Shown: piece after piece, positions 52,601 to 64,000 of the stretch
Numbering within the stretch: position 1 is the first letter of the stretch
Layout of the letters: each line of letters begins with the position of its first letter
Source of the DNA: an uncultured Pelagibacteraceae bacterium
Lineage (GTDB): Bacteria > Pseudomonadota > Alphaproteobacteria > Pelagibacterales > Pelagibacteraceae
NCBI GenBank assembly: GCA_902555465.1
Contig: CACDSN010000004.1
Location: forward strand, 14,860 to 78,859
Direction: 5' to 3'
DNA: 64,000 nt
Made by a program: the position numbers and the translations under genes
Notes under the pieces: model-generated
The model's database searches: none
The model's input: only the letters and a program-made list of their open reading frames with translations
What the model was told of the DNA's origin: nothing

Positions 52601-53694
52601 TTGAATCTGGAGAGACTATAAATGAAAATAAAATTAGCGACGTTTCGGTAGCCGAATTATTTAAAATTTCAGTTAATGAAAAAAATGCAATGGAAGCGAT
52701 GGATAAACTTAGGGATCAATACAATACAGCAAATCTTGATATTCAAACAAGATTTGAAGATAAAGTTTTGAAGATTAGACAAGGGGACGACTTATTGCCA
52801 AGTGTAATGAAAATGGTGAAAGTTTTCGTTGCAATGAAAAGAAGATTAAGACCAGGTGATAAAATGTCAGGCAGACATGGCAATAAGGGAGTTGTGAGTA
52901 AAATTGTACCTGTAGAGGATATGCCCTACATGGAAAGTGGTCAAGCAGTAGATATTGTATTAAATCCACTTGGGGTACCAAGTAGAATGAATGTTGGTCA
53001 AATATTAGAAACCCATCTAGGTTGGGCCTGTTCAGAAATTGGAAACAAATTAAAAAACTTAATTAACAAAACTATAAAAAATAATGAAAAAAGTAATGAA
53101 ATTAAAAAAATTCTAAAATCGGTATATGGAGATCAAGTTTACACTAATACAATTGATAAGTTATCTAATGTTGAATTTTCAGATTATATAGAAAATATGA
53201 AAAATGGCATTCCAATTGCTACACCAGTTTTTGATGGTGCTAAAGAGCAAGATGTAACTACTATGCTAGAAACAGCAGAACTTCCTGCATCTGGCCAAAC
53301 ATATTTATGGGATGGAAGAACCGGAGAGAAATTTGATAGACCTGTCACAGTAGGAACAATTTATATGTTAAAACTTCATCACTTGGTAGAAGATAAAATT
53401 CATGCTAGATCAACAGGACCTTATAGCTTGGTTACACAACAACCTTTAGGTGGAAAGGCACAGAATGGTGGTCAAAGATTTGGTGAAATGGAAGTTTGGG
53501 CATTAGAAGCATATGGTGCGTCTTATACGTTGCAAGAAATTTTAACAGTTAAATCTGATGATGTGGCCGGAAGAGTAAAAGTTTATGAAACTATTGTTAA
53601 AGGCGAAGAAAATTTTGAATCAGGAATACCTGAGTCATTTAACGTTTTAGTAAAAGAAATTAAGTCTTTAGCACTTAATGTAGAATTGAATTAA
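49606..53694 (+). CDS. rpoB: RNA polymerase beta subunit
   Basis: [39 protein letters not shown]. Confidence 0.99.
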   Translation: MDLSFTGKKNIRKNFGKLKESLSIPNLIEVQKNSYKQLTEFNSEIEAHLVKGFDRVFKSIFPIEDINDKATLEYVSYKFDKPKFDVDECISRGLTYSAALKCTLRLVVYEIDALNNTKEILSAKEQEVYMGEIPMMTNSGTFIINGVQRVVVNQMHRSPGVFFDHDKGKSHASGKLLFNCRVIPNRGSWLDFEFDVKDLLYFRIDRKKKILVSTLLLALGYSKNDIVNEFYEKENYIYEEKSKKWKTKFDPENYKSKNFSEEVIDARNNKIVIKAGEKINFLNAKKLQNDGLKDIYVSKEFLIGKFLHKQIQIDGIEDKFAIGTELNETILDKFIENKIFTIEVSKTNPINKGPYLLISLLNDKNENKNDAINDIYKVLRPGEPPTIEIASQIFNNLFFSSERYDLSDVGRVKLNSRLSINCSDKITILRNEDIIAIIKKMLELRDGKDDVDDIDHLGNRRIRSVGELVENQARMGVYRMERAIKEKMTTLDVESAMPQDLINAKPLTVSLKDFFATSQLSQFMDQTNPLSEITHKRRVSALGPGGLTRERAGFEVRDVHPTHYGRICPIETPEGPNIGLINSLSTYSKINKYGFIESPYKKVENGKVVENIEYLSAMEETKFTIAQANSKLDKNGKFTEDLVSCRQNLNFILAKPENVDYIDVSPKQLVSVAASLIPFLENDDANRALMGSNMMRQAVPLMKPEAPLVGTGIESDVALDSGVTIVARRDGIVDKIDGKRIVIKASEEKDFSKSGVDIYNLQKFKRSNQNTCINQKPLVRVGDKVKSGDIIADGPSTKIGELALGKNVTVAFMPWQGYNFEDSILISERCVTDDVFTSIHIEEYEVMARDTKLGEEDITRDIPNVNEESLKNLDESGVVYIGAEVKPGDILVGKVTPKGDSASGPEEKLLRSIFGEKAIDVIDTSLRMPSGSGGTVVDVRVFNRHGIEKDERSVIIERSEIESVQQDKLVEEEILERSIKQRAISILSGLKNQKKIKTIESGETINENKISDVSVAELFKISVNEKNAMEAMDKLRDQYNTANLDIQTRFEDKVLKIRQGDDLLPSVMKMVKVFVAMKRRLRPGDKMSGRHGNKGVVSKIVPVEDMPYMESGQAVDIVLNPLGVPSRMNVGQILETHLGWACSEIGNKLKNLINKTIKNNEKSNEIKKILKSVYGDQVYTNTIDKLSNVEFSDYIENMKNGIPIATPVFDGAKEQDVTTMLETAELPASGQTYLWDGRTGEKFDRPVTVGTIYMLKLHHLVEDKIHARSTGPYSLVTQQPLGGKAQNGGQRFGEMEVWALEAYGASYTLQEILTVKSDDVAGRVKVYETIVKGEENFESGIPESFNVLVKEIKSLALNVELN

Positions 53695-53696
53695 TT

Positions 53697-56600
53697 ATGA
53701 AAAAAGAATTAACAGACTTATTTAAAGAAAAATCAATTTCTGAAGCTCAAAATTTTAGTAGTATTAAAATTACTTTAGCGAGTCCTGAAAAAATTAAATC
53801 ATGGACTTACGGTGAAATAAAAAAACCAGAAACAATAAATTATAGAACTTTTAGACCTGAAAAAGATGGACTATTTTGTGCAAGAATTTTTGGACCTATA
53901 AAAGATTATGAATGTTTGTGTGGTAAATATAAAAGAATGAAATTTAGAGGTATAATTTGTGAAAAATGTGGTGTTGAGGTAACGAAATCTAACGTTAGAA
54001 GAGAAAGAATGGGCCATATTAATTTAGCTACACCAGTAGCTCATATTTGGTTTTTAAAATCCTTACCAAGCAGAATTTCTTTAGTAATAGACATGAAATT
54101 GAAAGAGGTAGAAAAAGTTTTATATTTTGAGAATTTTATTGTTATAGAGCCTGGTTTAACAGGACTTAAAAAAAACCAATTATTAAATGAGGAAGAATTA
54201 ATAAAATATCAAGACCAATACGGAGAAGAGTCTTTTTCTGCTGGAATTGGCGCAGAAGCGATTTTGGAAATTTTAAAATCAATAGATTTGAATGTTGAAA
54301 GAGATAAACTATCAAAATCTATAAAAGAAACCAAGTCTAAGGTAACAGAGGAAAGAAATGTAAAAAGACTTAAATTAATAGACTCTTTTATTGAAACAGG
54401 TAACAAACCTGAATGGATGATATTAACTACAATTCCTGTAATACCTCCTGAACTTAGACCTCTAGTACCTTTAGATGGCGGAAGATTCGCTACATCAGAT
54501 TTGAATGATTTATATAGAAGAGTAATTAATAGAAACAATAGATTAAAAAGACTAATTGATCTTAAAGCTCCAGATATAATTATTAGAAATGAAAAAAGAA
54601 TGTTGCAAGAGTCAGTTGATGCTCTATTTGACAATGGAAGAAGAGGCAGGGTCATCACTGGTACTGGAAAAAGGCCTTTAAAATCTTTAGCTGAAATGCT
54701 CAAAGGTAAACAAGGTAGATTTAGACAAAACTTATTAGGAAAAAGAGTAGATTATTCAGGAAGATCAGTAATTGTAGTTGGTCCTGATCTTAAACTCCAT
54801 GAATGTGGTTTACCAAAAAAAATGGCGCTAGAATTGTTCAAACCTTTTTTATATGCAAGATTAAATAAACTAGGTTTAGCCTCAACTATAAAACAAGCAA
54901 AAAAATTAGTAGAAAAAGAAAGAGACGAGGTATGGGATGCTCTTGAAATTATAGTAAGAGAACATCCTGTTCTTTTAAATAGAGCGCCAACACTTCATAG
55001 ACTCGGTGTTCAAGCATTCGAGCCAAAACTGATTGAAGGTGACGCAATTCAACTTCATCCACTGACATGTGCTGCATTTAATGCTGATTTTGATGGGGAT
55101 CAGATGGCTGTTCATGTTCCATTAAGCCTTGAAGCACAACTAGAGGCAAGAGTTTTAATGATGTCAACAAATAATATCTTGAGCCCATCTAATGGAAAGC
55201 CAATCATTGTTCCAAGTCAAGATATGATTTTAGGTATATATTATCTATCTCAACCACCATATCAAAATGAAAAAGTAGAGGGCTATTTTGTTAATACAGA
55301 TGAAATTTTGCAAGCTCTTGAAAATAAAAGCATTAAAATTCATTCGAGAATAATATCTAGATTTGAAACTGTTGATGAAAATGGAGAGACAAAATATGAG
55401 AAATATACAAGTACAGTTGGTAGGTTTTTATTAGCAGATATTATTCCAAAAAATTTAAATAACAATTTTGCTTTAGTTGATAGATTACTTCCAAAAAGAG
55501 TAGTATCTGAAGTAATTGATCACATATTTAGATTTTCAGGCCAAAAGAGTACAGTAATATTTTGTGATAAATTAAAAGATTTAGGTTTTAAATATGCATT
55601 TAAGGCTGGAATATCATTTGGAAAAGATGATCTAGTAATACCTGAAAATAAAGAATTATTAATTGATGAAACAAAAAAATTAATTTCTGAATACGAAAAT
55701 CAATATGCGGAAGGTTTAATTACAAGAGGAGAAAAATATAACAAAGTAGTTGATGCATGGTCAAAATGTACAGATAAAGTAGCCTCAGAAATGATGAAAA
55801 GAATTTCTGCAACAGAAGTAACAAAAGATGGTCTTAAAATAAATTCAGTATTTATGATGGCAGATAGTGGTGCTAGAGGATCTGCTGCTCAAATGAAACA
55901 ATTAGCTGGTATGAGGGGATTAATAGCAAAACCTTCAGGTGAAATCATAGAAAGTCCAATAACATCTAATTTTAAAGAAGGTTTAACAGCTTTAGAATAT
56001 TTTAATTCAACTCACGGTGCTAGAAAAGGATTAGCTGATACTGCACTTAAAACTGCAAATTCAGGATACTTAACTAGAAGATTGTGTGATGTAGCTCAAG
56101 ATTTAACTATTACATCAAAAAAATGTGATACCCCTGGTTTCATTCAACTAACAGAGATTATTGAAGGTGGAAATGTTATAGTAAGTATTTCTGAGAGAGC
56201 ATTAGGAAGAGTTGCTGCTAAAGATATTAAAAATCCTATAACTGGTGAAGTTATAATCAAAAAAGGTCAAATGATAGATGAAGAGGCTTGTGAAAAAATT
56301 GATGCAGCAGGTGTAAAAACAATAGATGTTTACTCAGTTATTACATGTAGTTTACCAGAGGGAGTTTGCTCAACATGCTATGGAAGAGATTTATCAAGAG
56401 GAATTTTAGTCAATGTTGGTGAAGCGATTGGAATGATATCTGCTCAGTCTATTGGTGAACCAGGTACACAGCTTACTATGAGAACTTTCCATGTCGGAGG
56501 AACAGCTTCAATTAAACAAGATAGTCAAATTGTAACAAAATCTAAAGGAACATTGAAAGTAATTAATACTAATTTAATTGAAGACTCGAAGAAAAACCTA

Positions 56601-57860
56601 ATAGTAATGGGAAGAAACACTCAATTATCCTTAGAAGATGAAAAAGGATTACAAATAGCAGTTTATAAAGTTCCTTACGGTTCAAAATTATATTTCCAAA
56701 ATGGAGATAAGATAAATCAAAATACAAAAATTTGTGAATGGGACCCATATACAACTCCTGTTATTGCTGAAAAAAGTGGTATTGCAAATTTTGTTGATTT
56801 AATAGATGGTGTATCTATTGCCGAAACAACGGATGATGCAACAGGAATTTCAACTAAAACTGTTATAGATTGGAAAACTCAATCAAAAAATACAGATTTA
56901 AAACCTAGAATTACTTTGAGAGACGAAAAAGGAAATGTTGTCAAAAAAGCAGATGATAATGAAGCAAGATACTATTTAGTTCCAGACTCCATATTATCAG
57001 TTTCAGACGGTCAAAAAATTCATGCAGGCGATGTAATAGCTAGATTGCCGAAAGAGACATCAAAAACTAAAGATATTACAGGAGGATTACCAAGAGTTGC
57101 TGAATTATTTGAAGCAAGAAAAGCAAAAGATAGCGCAATCATAGCAGAAAATGATGGAAAAGTTATTTTTGGCAAAGAAGTGAGAGGAAAACAACGAATA
57201 ACAATTGAGTCTGAAAATGGTGATAGTTCATCGTACTTAATACCCAAAGGTAAACATATTAATTTTAACCAAGGTGAAAAAATTAAAAAAGGCGAATATT
57301 TACTTGATGGACAGCCGTTGCCACATGATATTTTAAGAATTTTAGGAATTAAAGAGTTAACAGAATATTTTGTAAACCAAGTGCAGGAAGTTTACAGATT
57401 ACAAGGTGTTATAATTAATGATAAACATATCGAAGTAATTTTAAGACAAATGCTTAAGAAAATAGAAATAAAATCACCTGGCGACTCTAATTTATTACCA
57501 GGAGAAATTATTGAAAAAACTAGATTTGATGAGATTAATACTAAATTAAAAAATGAAGGTAAGGCATTAGTAGAAGGTGAAAGAATTTTAATGGGTATTA
57601 CTAAAGCTTCGCTGCAAACTGAATCTTTCATTTCAGCCGCGTCTTTCCAAGAAACAACAAGAGTTCTTACAGATGCCGCTATAAAAGGAAAAACTGATAA
57701 GTTGAGAGGTTTAAAAGAAAATGTAATTGTTGGAAGACTTGTCCCTGCTGGTACTGGATCTGTGAAAGTTACATGGAACAATAAAGCTAAGATAGATGAT
57801 GATGCATATTTGTCAGAAAAGGACAAACAAGAAACCTTAGAAAATCAGCCTTCTAGCTAA
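53697..57860 (+). CDS. rpoC: RNA polymerase beta' subunit
   Basis: Zn-finger CLC...[24 protein letters not shown]. Confidence 0.99.
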   Translation: MKKELTDLFKEKSISEAQNFSSIKITLASPEKIKSWTYGEIKKPETINYRTFRPEKDGLFCARIFGPIKDYECLCGKYKRMKFRGIICEKCGVEVTKSNVRRERMGHINLATPVAHIWFLKSLPSRISLVIDMKLKEVEKVLYFENFIVIEPGLTGLKKNQLLNEEELIKYQDQYGEESFSAGIGAEAILEILKSIDLNVERDKLSKSIKETKSKVTEERNVKRLKLIDSFIETGNKPEWMILTTIPVIPPELRPLVPLDGGRFATSDLNDLYRRVINRNNRLKRLIDLKAPDIIIRNEKRMLQESVDALFDNGRRGRVITGTGKRPLKSLAEMLKGKQGRFRQNLLGKRVDYSGRSVIVVGPDLKLHECGLPKKMALELFKPFLYARLNKLGLASTIKQAKKLVEKERDEVWDALEIIVREHPVLLNRAPTLHRLGVQAFEPKLIEGDAIQLHPLTCAAFNADFDGDQMAVHVPLSLEAQLEARVLMMSTNNILSPSNGKPIIVPSQDMILGIYYLSQPPYQNEKVEGYFVNTDEILQALENKSIKIHSRIISRFETVDENGETKYEKYTSTVGRFLLADIIPKNLNNNFALVDRLLPKRVVSEVIDHIFRFSGQKSTVIFCDKLKDLGFKYAFKAGISFGKDDLVIPENKELLIDETKKLISEYENQYAEGLITRGEKYNKVVDAWSKCTDKVASEMMKRISATEVTKDGLKINSVFMMADSGARGSAAQMKQLAGMRGLIAKPSGEIIESPITSNFKEGLTALEYFNSTHGARKGLADTALKTANSGYLTRRLCDVAQDLTITSKKCDTPGFIQLTEIIEGGNVIVSISERALGRVAAKDIKNPITGEVIIKKGQMIDEEACEKIDAAGVKTIDVYSVITCSLPEGVCSTCYGRDLSRGILVNVGEAIGMISAQSIGEPGTQLTMRTFHVGGTASIKQDSQIVTKSKGTLKVINTNLIEDSKKNLIVMGRNTQLSLEDEKGLQIAVYKVPYGSKLYFQNGDKINQNTKICEWDPYTTPVIAEKSGIANFVDLIDGVSIAETTDDATGISTKTVIDWKTQSKNTDLKPRITLRDEKGNVVKKADDNEARYYLVPDSILSVSDGQKIHAGDVIARLPKETSKTKDITGGLPRVAELFEARKAKDSAIIAENDGKVIFGKEVRGKQRITIESENGDSSSYLIPKGKHINFNQGEKIKKGEYLLDGQPLPHDILRILGIKELTEYFVNQVQEVYRLQGVIINDKHIEVILRQMLKKIEIKSPGDSNLLPGEIIEKTRFDEINTKLKNEGKALVEGERILMGITKASLQTESFISAASFQETTRVLTDAAIKGKTDKLRGLKENVIVGRLVPAGTGSVKVTWNNKAKIDDDAYLSEKDKQETLENQPSS

Positions 57861-57888
57861 AAAAACCCTATTTTTAAAGCCTTTTAGT

Positions 57889-57920
57889 TTGACAAATCAA
57901 TTTTTTTAAGTATTTTGTCG
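57889..57920 (+). promoter_or_regulatory. Putative str operon promoter TTGACA-N16-TATTTT-GTCG
   Basis: -35 at 57889-57894, -10 at 57911-57916. Confidence 0.65.
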
Positions 57921-57927
57921 ATATTTT

Positions 57928-57975
57928 TTTGGTTGGAATGTAGTACTTTGTACTAAACGCTGCCAAACTAGCCGC
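57928..57975 (+). ncRNA. Structured rpsL 5' leader (putative r-protein regulatory RNA)
   Basis: TAGTAC-TTT-GTACTA hairpin enclosed by GGTTGG/CTAGCC; GC-enriched relative to flanks. Confidence 0.6.
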
Positions 57976-58004
57976 TATTCAGTTTCACTCAAAAAAATAT
58001 TATT

Positions 58005-58376
58005 ATGCCTACTGTAAACCAGTTACTGAGAAAAAAAAGATCAAGAGTTAAAGCTAGAAATAAAGTCCCTGCTCTTGAACAATCACCTCAAAAGCGAGGC
58101 GTATGTCTTAAAGTATATACAACTACACCAAAAAAACCTAATTCTGCGCTAAGAAAAGTTGCTCGAGTAAGATTATCAAATGGTCATGAGGTAATTTCTT
58201 ATATTCCAGGAGAAGGACATAACCTTCAAGAGCACTCAGTAGTTTTAATAAGAGGTGGGAGAGTGAAAGATCTCCCTGGAGTAAGATATCATATTTTAAG
58301 AGGAAATTTAGATACACAAGGTGTATCGGCTAGAAAACAACAAAGATCTAAATATGGAGCTAAAAAAGGTAAATAA
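58005..58376 (+). CDS. rpsL: 30S ribosomal protein S12
   Basis: [21 protein letters not shown]. Confidence 0.99.
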   Translation: MPTVNQLLRKKRSRVKARNKVPALEQSPQKRGVCLKVYTTTPKKPNSALRKVARVRLSNGHEVISYIPGEGHNLQEHSVVLIRGGRVKDLPGVRYHILRGNLDTQGVSARKQQRSKYGAKKGK

Positions 58377-58381
58377 AATTT

Positions 58382-58852
58382 ATGTCTCGAAAAAGAAAAG
58401 CTCCGAAAAGAATTCCAATTGTAGATCCAAAGTTTAAATCAGCAATAATACCTAAATTAATTAATTCAATAATGTATGATGGCAAAAAAACCACTGCTGA
58501 AAAAATTGTATACGATGCACTAGATAAAATTAAATCAAAATCTAAAGATGAACCAATTAATATTTTTAATGAAGCAATAAATAATATAAAACCGACTGTA
58601 GAAGTAAGATCAAGAAGAGTAGGTGGTGCTACTTACCAAGTTCCAGTTGAAGTAAGACCAAAAAGATCCCAAGCATTAGCTCTTAGATGGCTTATAGAAG
58701 CTTCAAGAAAAAGAAAAGACAAAACTATGTCAGATAAATTATTTAGCGAAATATTTGATGCATATAATAAAAAAGGATCTTCAATAAAAAAGAAAGAAGA
58801 TACACATAAAATGGCAGAGTCAAACAAAGCATTTGCTCATTACAGGTGGTAA
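58382..58852 (+). CDS. rpsG: 30S ribosomal protein S7
   Basis: [24 protein letters not shown]. Confidence 0.99.
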   Translation: MSRKRKAPKRIPIVDPKFKSAIIPKLINSIMYDGKKTTAEKIVYDALDKIKSKSKDEPINIFNEAINNIKPTVEVRSRRVGGATYQVPVEVRPKRSQALALRWLIEASRKRKDKTMSDKLFSEIFDAYNKKGSSIKKKEDTHKMAESNKAFAHYRW

Positions 58853-58858
58853 TTATTT

Positions 58859-60937
58859 ATGGCAAGAACACACGACATTGATAAATATAGAAATATTGGG
58901 ATAATGGCACATATCGATGCTGGTAAAACAACTACTACTGAAAGAGTTTTATATTATACTGGAAAAAGTCATAAGATCGGTGAAGTACATGATGGTGCCG
59001 CTACAATGGATTGGATGGAGCAGGAACAAGAAAGAGGAATCACAATTACTTCAGCAGCTACAACATGTTTTTGGAGAGAGCACAGAATTAACATTATAGA
59101 TACACCAGGCCATGTTGATTTCACTATAGAAGTAGAAAGATCATTAAAAGTTTTAGATGGCGCGGTTGCAGTTTTCGATGGAGTTGCTGGAGTTGAACCT
59201 CAATCAGAAACAGTTTGGAGACAAGCTGACAAATATAAAGTTCCTAGAATATGTTTTGTAAATAAATTAGATAGAACTGGAGCTGATTTTTTTAGATGTG
59301 TAGACATGATAAAAGAGAGGTTAGGTGCTAAACCTTTGGTTTTACAAGTTCCAGTTGGTATAGAATCATCATTAAAAGGTGTAGTAGACTTAGTTAAAAT
59401 GAAGGCTGTTATCTGGAAAGACGAGACTCTAGGCGCTGAATTTGAGTACCAAGAAATCCCATCAGACTTAAAAGAGATAAGTACTAAATATAGACAGGAA
59501 TTAGTTGAAACCGCTGTTGAGCAAGATGAAAAATTAATGGAAAGTTATTTAAATGGTGACGAAATAAAGGAAGGCGATTTAATTAAATGTATAAGAAAGG
59601 GATGTTTAAATTTTGAATTTGTACCTGTAATAACAGGCTCTGCATTTAAAAACAAAGGTGTTCAACCTCTTTTAGATGCTGTAATTGATTACTTGCCAAG
59701 TCCTAAAGATTTAGGCTCTATAAAGGGAACAATTCCAAACTCCGAGGATGAAATAGAGATGAAATTTGAAGATAATGCACCATTTTCAGCTCTCGCTTTC
59801 AAGGTAGCAAACGATCCTTTTGTTGGATCTCTAACGTTTATCAGAGTTTATTCAGGCACAATAAAATCAGGCACAGGAATTTATAATACATCTAAAGATA
59901 AAGAAGAAAGAGTAGGTAGAATGTTGTTAATGCACGCTAACTCTAGAGAAGATATTAAAGAGGCACATGCTGGAGATATCGTAGCTTTAGCAGGTTTAAA
60001 AAATACAATAACTGGTCACACATTAGCTAACGAAAATAATCCAATATTGCTTGAACCGATGGAGTTTCCTGATCCAGTGATCGAAATTGCTGTTGAGCCA
60101 AAAACAAAAGGCGATCAAGAGAAAATGGGTGAAGCATTGGGTAGACTTGCCAAAGAGGACCCATCTTTCAGAGTAACTTCTGATGAAGAGTCAGGACAAA
60201 CAATAATAAAAGGAATGGGAGAACTTCACCTAGATATAATTGTAGATAGAATGAAAAGAGAGTTTAAAGTTGAGGCAAATGTGGGTGCCCCTCAAGTTGC
60301 TTATAGAGAAACAATCTTAGGGTCATCAGAAGCTGATTATACACACAAAAAGCAGAGTGGAGGAGCAGGACAATTTGCTCGAGTCAAGTTACAATTAGAA
60401 CCTTTGGAACCTGGTAAAGGCAGAGAGGTTGAAAATAAAATTAAAGGAGGAGCTATTCCTAAGGAATTTATTCCTGGAGTTGAAAAAGGAATTGAGAGCG
60501 TATCAGACAATGGTATTTTAGCAGGTTTTCCAATAATAGATTATAAAGTAACAATCATTGATGGCCTGCATCACGATGTAGACTCGAGTGTGTTGGCATT
60601 CGAGTTAGCTTCAAGACAGTGTTTTAAAGATGCATGCCAAAAAGCTACATTAAAACTTTTAGAGCCAATTATGAGGGTGGAAGTTGTTACCCCAGAAGAT
60701 TATATGGGTGATGTTATTGGTGATTTAAATAGTAGGAGAGGTCAAATAAATACTCAAGAACAAAGAGGCAATGCAACAGTAGTTACTGCGATGGTGCCAT
60801 TAGCAAATATGTTTGGCTATATAAACGCATTAAGATCAATGTCTCAAGGTAGAGCTCAATACTCAATGTTTTTTGATCATTATGATAAAGTTCCTCAAAA
60901 TGTTCAAGATGAAGTAACCAAGAAAACAGGTACATAA
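58859..60937 (+). CDS. fusA: Elongation factor G
   Basis: [24 protein letters not shown]. Confidence 0.99.
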   Translation: MARTHDIDKYRNIGIMAHIDAGKTTTTERVLYYTGKSHKIGEVHDGAATMDWMEQEQERGITITSAATTCFWREHRINIIDTPGHVDFTIEVERSLKVLDGAVAVFDGVAGVEPQSETVWRQADKYKVPRICFVNKLDRTGADFFRCVDMIKERLGAKPLVLQVPVGIESSLKGVVDLVKMKAVIWKDETLGAEFEYQEIPSDLKEISTKYRQELVETAVEQDEKLMESYLNGDEIKEGDLIKCIRKGCLNFEFVPVITGSAFKNKGVQPLLDAVIDYLPSPKDLGSIKGTIPNSEDEIEMKFEDNAPFSALAFKVANDPFVGSLTFIRVYSGTIKSGTGIYNTSKDKEERVGRMLLMHANSREDIKEAHAGDIVALAGLKNTITGHTLANENNPILLEPMEFPDPVIEIAVEPKTKGDQEKMGEALGRLAKEDPSFRVTSDEESGQTIIKGMGELHLDIIVDRMKREFKVEANVGAPQVAYRETILGSSEADYTHKKQSGGAGQFARVKLQLEPLEPGKGREVENKIKGGAIPKEFIPGVEKGIESVSDNGILAGFPIIDYKVTIIDGLHHDVDSSVLAFELASRQCFKDACQKATLKLLEPIMRVEVVTPEDYMGDVIGDLNSRRGQINTQEQRGNATVVTAMVPLANMFGYINALRSMSQGRAQYSMFFDHYDKVPQNVQDEVTKKTGT

Positions 60938-60939
60938 TA

Positions 60940-61248
60940 ATGGAAAAACAAAATATTAGAATCAAACTTAGAGCTTACGATAATAAAATTTTAGATCAAT
61001 CAACAGAGGAAATTGTTAACACTGTTAAAAGAACTGGAGCAAATATAAAAGGTCCAATACCACTTCCAACAAAGATTGAAAGATATACAGTTTTAAGATC
61101 ACCACATATAGATAAAAAAAGTAGAGAACAATTTGAAACAAGAACACATAAAAGATTAATTGATATTATTGAACCAACACCACAAACCGTTGAAGCACTA
61201 ATGAAATTAGATTTAGCTTCTGGTGTAGATGTAGAGATAAAAATATGA
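60940..61248 (+). CDS. rpsJ: 30S ribosomal protein S10
   Basis: [20 protein letters not shown]. Confidence 0.99.
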   Translation: MEKQNIRIKLRAYDNKILDQSTEEIVNTVKRTGANIKGPIPLPTKIERYTVLRSPHIDKKSREQFETRTHKRLIDIIEPTPQTVEALMKLDLASGVDVEIKI

Positions 61249-61955
61249 GTAGTTTAGAGCTAGTTGGAAAAAAACTTGGCATGACAAGAGAATTTTATGA
61301 AACTGGTCAATCTGTTCCAGTTACTGTAATTAAAATGGAAAAAGCAAGAGTAATCGGTCTTATTGAAAAAGAAAAAAGAGGATATACAGCCATTCAGTTA
61401 GGTTTTGGAAATATTAAAAGTTCAAAATTATCAAAGCAAATGAAAGGTTTTTTTGCAAAAAAGAATACTGAGCCAAAAAAAATTCTTAAAGAAATAAGAA
61501 TTGATAATATTTCTGAATATAAAGAAGGGAACGAATTTGGAATTGAAATATTTGAAAATGTTAAGTTTGTTGATGTTACTGCAAAAACTATAGGAAAAGG
61601 TTTCGCAGGAGCTATGAAAAGGCATAATTTTAGTGGTTTAAGAGCTTCACATGGTGTTTCGATATCTCATAGATCTCATGGATCAACAGGACAAAGACAA
61701 GATCCTGGTAAAGTTTTTAAAAATAAAAAAATGGCTGGCCATATGGGTGATAAATATAGAACAATTCAAAATCTTGAAATTATAAAAAAAGACTTAGATA
61801 ATCAGCTTCTTTTTTTAAAAGGCTCTATACCTGGATCTAAGAATAGTGAAGTAATGATAAAAAAATCAATTAAAAACATAAACAAATTAACTGTAGCTGA
61901 GAAAATTGAAGCAGTAAAAAAAGCAAAAAGCATAGCAGACAAAAAAAAGAAATAA
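61245..61955 (+). CDS. rplC: 50S ribosomal protein L3
   Basis: KLGMT, GKGFAG, SHRSHGS, KMAGHMG. Confidence 0.98.
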   Translation: MSSLELVGKKLGMTREFYETGQSVPVTVIKMEKARVIGLIEKEKRGYTAIQLGFGNIKSSKLSKQMKGFFAKKNTEPKKILKEIRIDNISEYKEGNEFGIEIFENVKFVDVTAKTIGKGFAGAMKRHNFSGLRASHGVSISHRSHGSTGQRQDPGKVFKNKKMAGHMGDKYRTIQNLEIIKKDLDNQLLFLKGSIPGSKNSEVMIKKSIKNINKLTVAEKIEAVKKAKSIADKKKK

Positions 61956-61958
61956 AAT

Positions 61959-62579
61959 ATGATACTTAACAAATTATCAATTGACGGCAAAAAAAATTCA
62001 CTTGAGCTTACAGATAAAATTTTTACGAGTAAAATTAACAGGAAATTAATAAGTGAAATTTTGTATAAAAATATAGCAAATTTCAAAGGAAGAAAAGCAA
62101 AGACAAAACAAAAAAATGAAATAGTTGGCTCAACTTCAAAAATATATGCACAAAAAGGAACCGGTAATGCTAGACACGCAAGTAGAAAAGCACCAATATT
62201 TGTAGGTGGAGGTGTTGCTCATGGTCCTAAAGGACAAAATTCTTATAAAATAAGAAAACTTAACAAAAAAGAAAAAAAGTTAGGATTAGCTTCAATAATT
62301 TCAGATAAAAATAATAACAAAGATTTAATTATTTTTGAAGATTTTTCAAAAGAAATTAAAAAAACCAAAGAAATGTTTGCACTATTAAAAAAAAATAATG
62401 CTACAAACTCAACTATCATATTAGATAAAACTTCCAATGAAAAAGTTGGAAGATCTTTGAAGAATATTCCTGATATTAAAGTTTGTGATACTGCAAATAT
62501 ATCTTTATATGATTTAATAAAATATAAAAAAGTAATTTTTACTGAAACATCAATTAAAGAATTGGAAAAAAGATACTAA
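61959..62579 (+). CDS. rplD: 50S ribosomal protein L4
   Basis: QKGTGNARH, GGGVAHGP. Confidence 0.98.
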   Translation: MILNKLSIDGKKNSLELTDKIFTSKINRKLISEILYKNIANFKGRKAKTKQKNEIVGSTSKIYAQKGTGNARHASRKAPIFVGGGVAHGPKGQNSYKIRKLNKKEKKLGLASIISDKNNNKDLIIFEDFSKEIKKTKEMFALLKKNNATNSTIILDKTSNEKVGRSLKNIPDIKVCDTANISLYDLIKYKKVIFTETSIKELEKRY

Positions 62580-62875
62580 TGAGCTTAAAAACAAATATTT
62601 ATGATAATATAATCAGTCCTATAGTTACTGAAAAATCAACTAACCAGTCTGAACTAAATAAAATTGTATTTAAGGTAAATAAAAATTTTAATAAAAAAAT
62701 GATAAAGAAAAATATTGAAAAAATATTTAAAGTAGAAGTAACAAAAATAAATATTGTTAATAAAAGACGTAAAATAAAGTCTACAAGAGGAAGAAAAGTT
62801 AAAATATCAGGTTATAAAAAAGCAATAGTTACTCTTAAAAAGGGTCAAAATATAGATTTAACAACAGGAATTTAA
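62579..62875 (+). CDS. rplW: 50S ribosomal protein L23
   Basis: PIVTEKS, KKAIVTL. Confidence 0.97.
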   Translation: MSLKTNIYDNIISPIVTEKSTNQSELNKIVFKVNKNFNKKMIKKNIEKIFKVEVTKINIVNKRRKIKSTRGRKVKISGYKKAIVTLKKGQNIDLTTGI

Positions 62876-62879
62876 AAAA

Positions 62880-63707
62880 ATGGCTTTAAAACAATACAAA
62901 CCCTACACTAAAACAACTAGATCTACCGTTCTTATTGATAGATCTGGATTATGGAAAGGAAAACCTTATAAATCTCTAACCGCGCCAAATAAATCTGTTA
63001 AAGGTAGAAATAATTTAGGAAGAATAACATCTAGAAACCACGGCGGTGGACATAAACAAAAATACAGATTAATCGATTTTTACAGAAAAAAATTCGATGT
63101 TGTTGGAAGTATAGAAAGAATTGAATATGATCCAAATAGATCTTGTCACATAATGTTAGTGAAATTTGATGATGGAGAAAAAACATATTATCTAGCACCT
63201 CAAAAAATAAAAGTTGGAGATAAAATTCAAAATGGTCCAAACTCAGAAATTAAAATAGGAAATACATTGCCATTAAAAGATATCCCTGTAGGAATTGATA
63301 TACATAATGTTGAAATTCAACCAGGTGGTGGAGGGAAAATTGCTAGAGCCGCTGGTGCTCATGTAACTATCTCTGGGTCAGATGGTAGTTATTCAATTAT
63401 TAAAATGACATCTGGAGAAGTAAGAAAAATTGATTCAAGATGTTTAGCAACTATAGGTGTGTTATCCAATCCAGATCAAAAAAATATTAGTATTGGTAAA
63501 GCTGGTAGATCAAGATGGTTAGGTAGAAGACCTCACACTAGAGGAGTAGCGATGAATCCAGTTGACCACCCGCACGGTGGTGGTGAAGGAAAAACTGCCG
63601 GTGGAAGACATCCTGTATCACCCTCAGGAGTTTCAGCAAAAGGTTTAAAAACAAGAGATAATAAAAGAACTGATAAATTTATAATTAGAAGAAGGGGTAA
63701 AAAATAA
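62880..63707 (+). CDS. rplB: 50S ribosomal protein L2
   Basis: [24 protein letters not shown]. Confidence 0.99.
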   Translation: MALKQYKPYTKTTRSTVLIDRSGLWKGKPYKSLTAPNKSVKGRNNLGRITSRNHGGGHKQKYRLIDFYRKKFDVVGSIERIEYDPNRSCHIMLVKFDDGEKTYYLAPQKIKVGDKIQNGPNSEIKIGNTLPLKDIPVGIDIHNVEIQPGGGGKIARAAGAHVTISGSDGSYSIIKMTSGEVRKIDSRCLATIGVLSNPDQKNISIGKAGRSRWLGRRPHTRGVAMNPVDHPHGGGEGKTAGGRHPVSPSGVSAKGLKTRDNKRTDKFIIRRRGKK

Positions 63708-63709
63708 TT

Positions 63710-64000
63710 ATGGCTAGATCTGTATGGAAAGGACCATTTGTCGAAGAAAGCTTAATTAAAAAAGTTGAAAAGCAAAAAAATAATCCAAATAGGAAACCTA
63801 TTAAAACATGGTCAAGAAAATCAACAATTTTACCAGATTTCGTCGGTATAAGTTTTTTAATTTATAATGGAAAAAAGTTTATACCAATTACAATATCGGA
63901 AGATATGGTAGGTCATAAATTTGGTGAATTTGCTCCAACAAGACAATTTTTTGGTCATACACCAGCTGATAAAAAAGCTAAGGAGGCAGCACCTGAAGCT
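63710..64000 (+). CDS. rpsS: 30S ribosomal protein S19 (runs off window end)
   Basis: Not in ORF track; manual translation [10 protein letters not shown]...TWSRKSTI...[13 protein letters not shown]. Confidence 0.97.
   Translation, partial: MARSVWKGPFVEESLIKKVEKQKNNPNRKPIKTWSRKSTILPDFVGISFLIYNGKKFIPITISEDMVGHKFGEFAPTRQFFGHTPADKKAKEAAPEA

Overview
AT-rich, very compact alphaproteobacterial chromosome segment. Gene order, minimal intergenic spacing and protein sequences strongly suggest SAR11 / 'Candidatus Pelagibacter' (inference, no database search). Most of the window is housekeeping: rpoZ, dusA, PMM/PGM, class Ia nrdAB, a prpDBC methylcitrate operon, gph, a half-length glmU with glmS, class II DAHP synthase, nadE, cysS, cimA, rpsD, the purBCSQL-bolA-grxD block, five tRNAs, and the tuf-secE-nusG-rplKAJL-rpoBC-rpsLG-fusA-S10 supercluster. 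Two AT-rich accessory cassettes encode putative cell-surface glycosylation. The first (24.5-27.0 kb) has a methyltransferase and a GT-C-like membrane protein. The second (36.4-43.4 kb, beside tRNA-Leu) has an NDP-sugar C-methyltransferase, a Gmd-like SDR lacking the catalytic Glu, a polyprenyl-phosphate GT2, a cupin, a perosamine-synthase-type aminotransferase and a polytopic membrane protein split by a one-base frameshift at a T9 tract. This second cassette is the best candidate for an undescribed system. Non-coding signals include tandem NrdR boxes, a recurring TTG-N16-TATWWW promoter with a GC-rich discriminator (one copy inside rplJ), an rpsL leader structure, an SD-sequestering hairpin at prpD and an orphan GC-rich hairpin at 5.9 kb. 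No CRISPR array, integrase, transposase or rRNA was seen.
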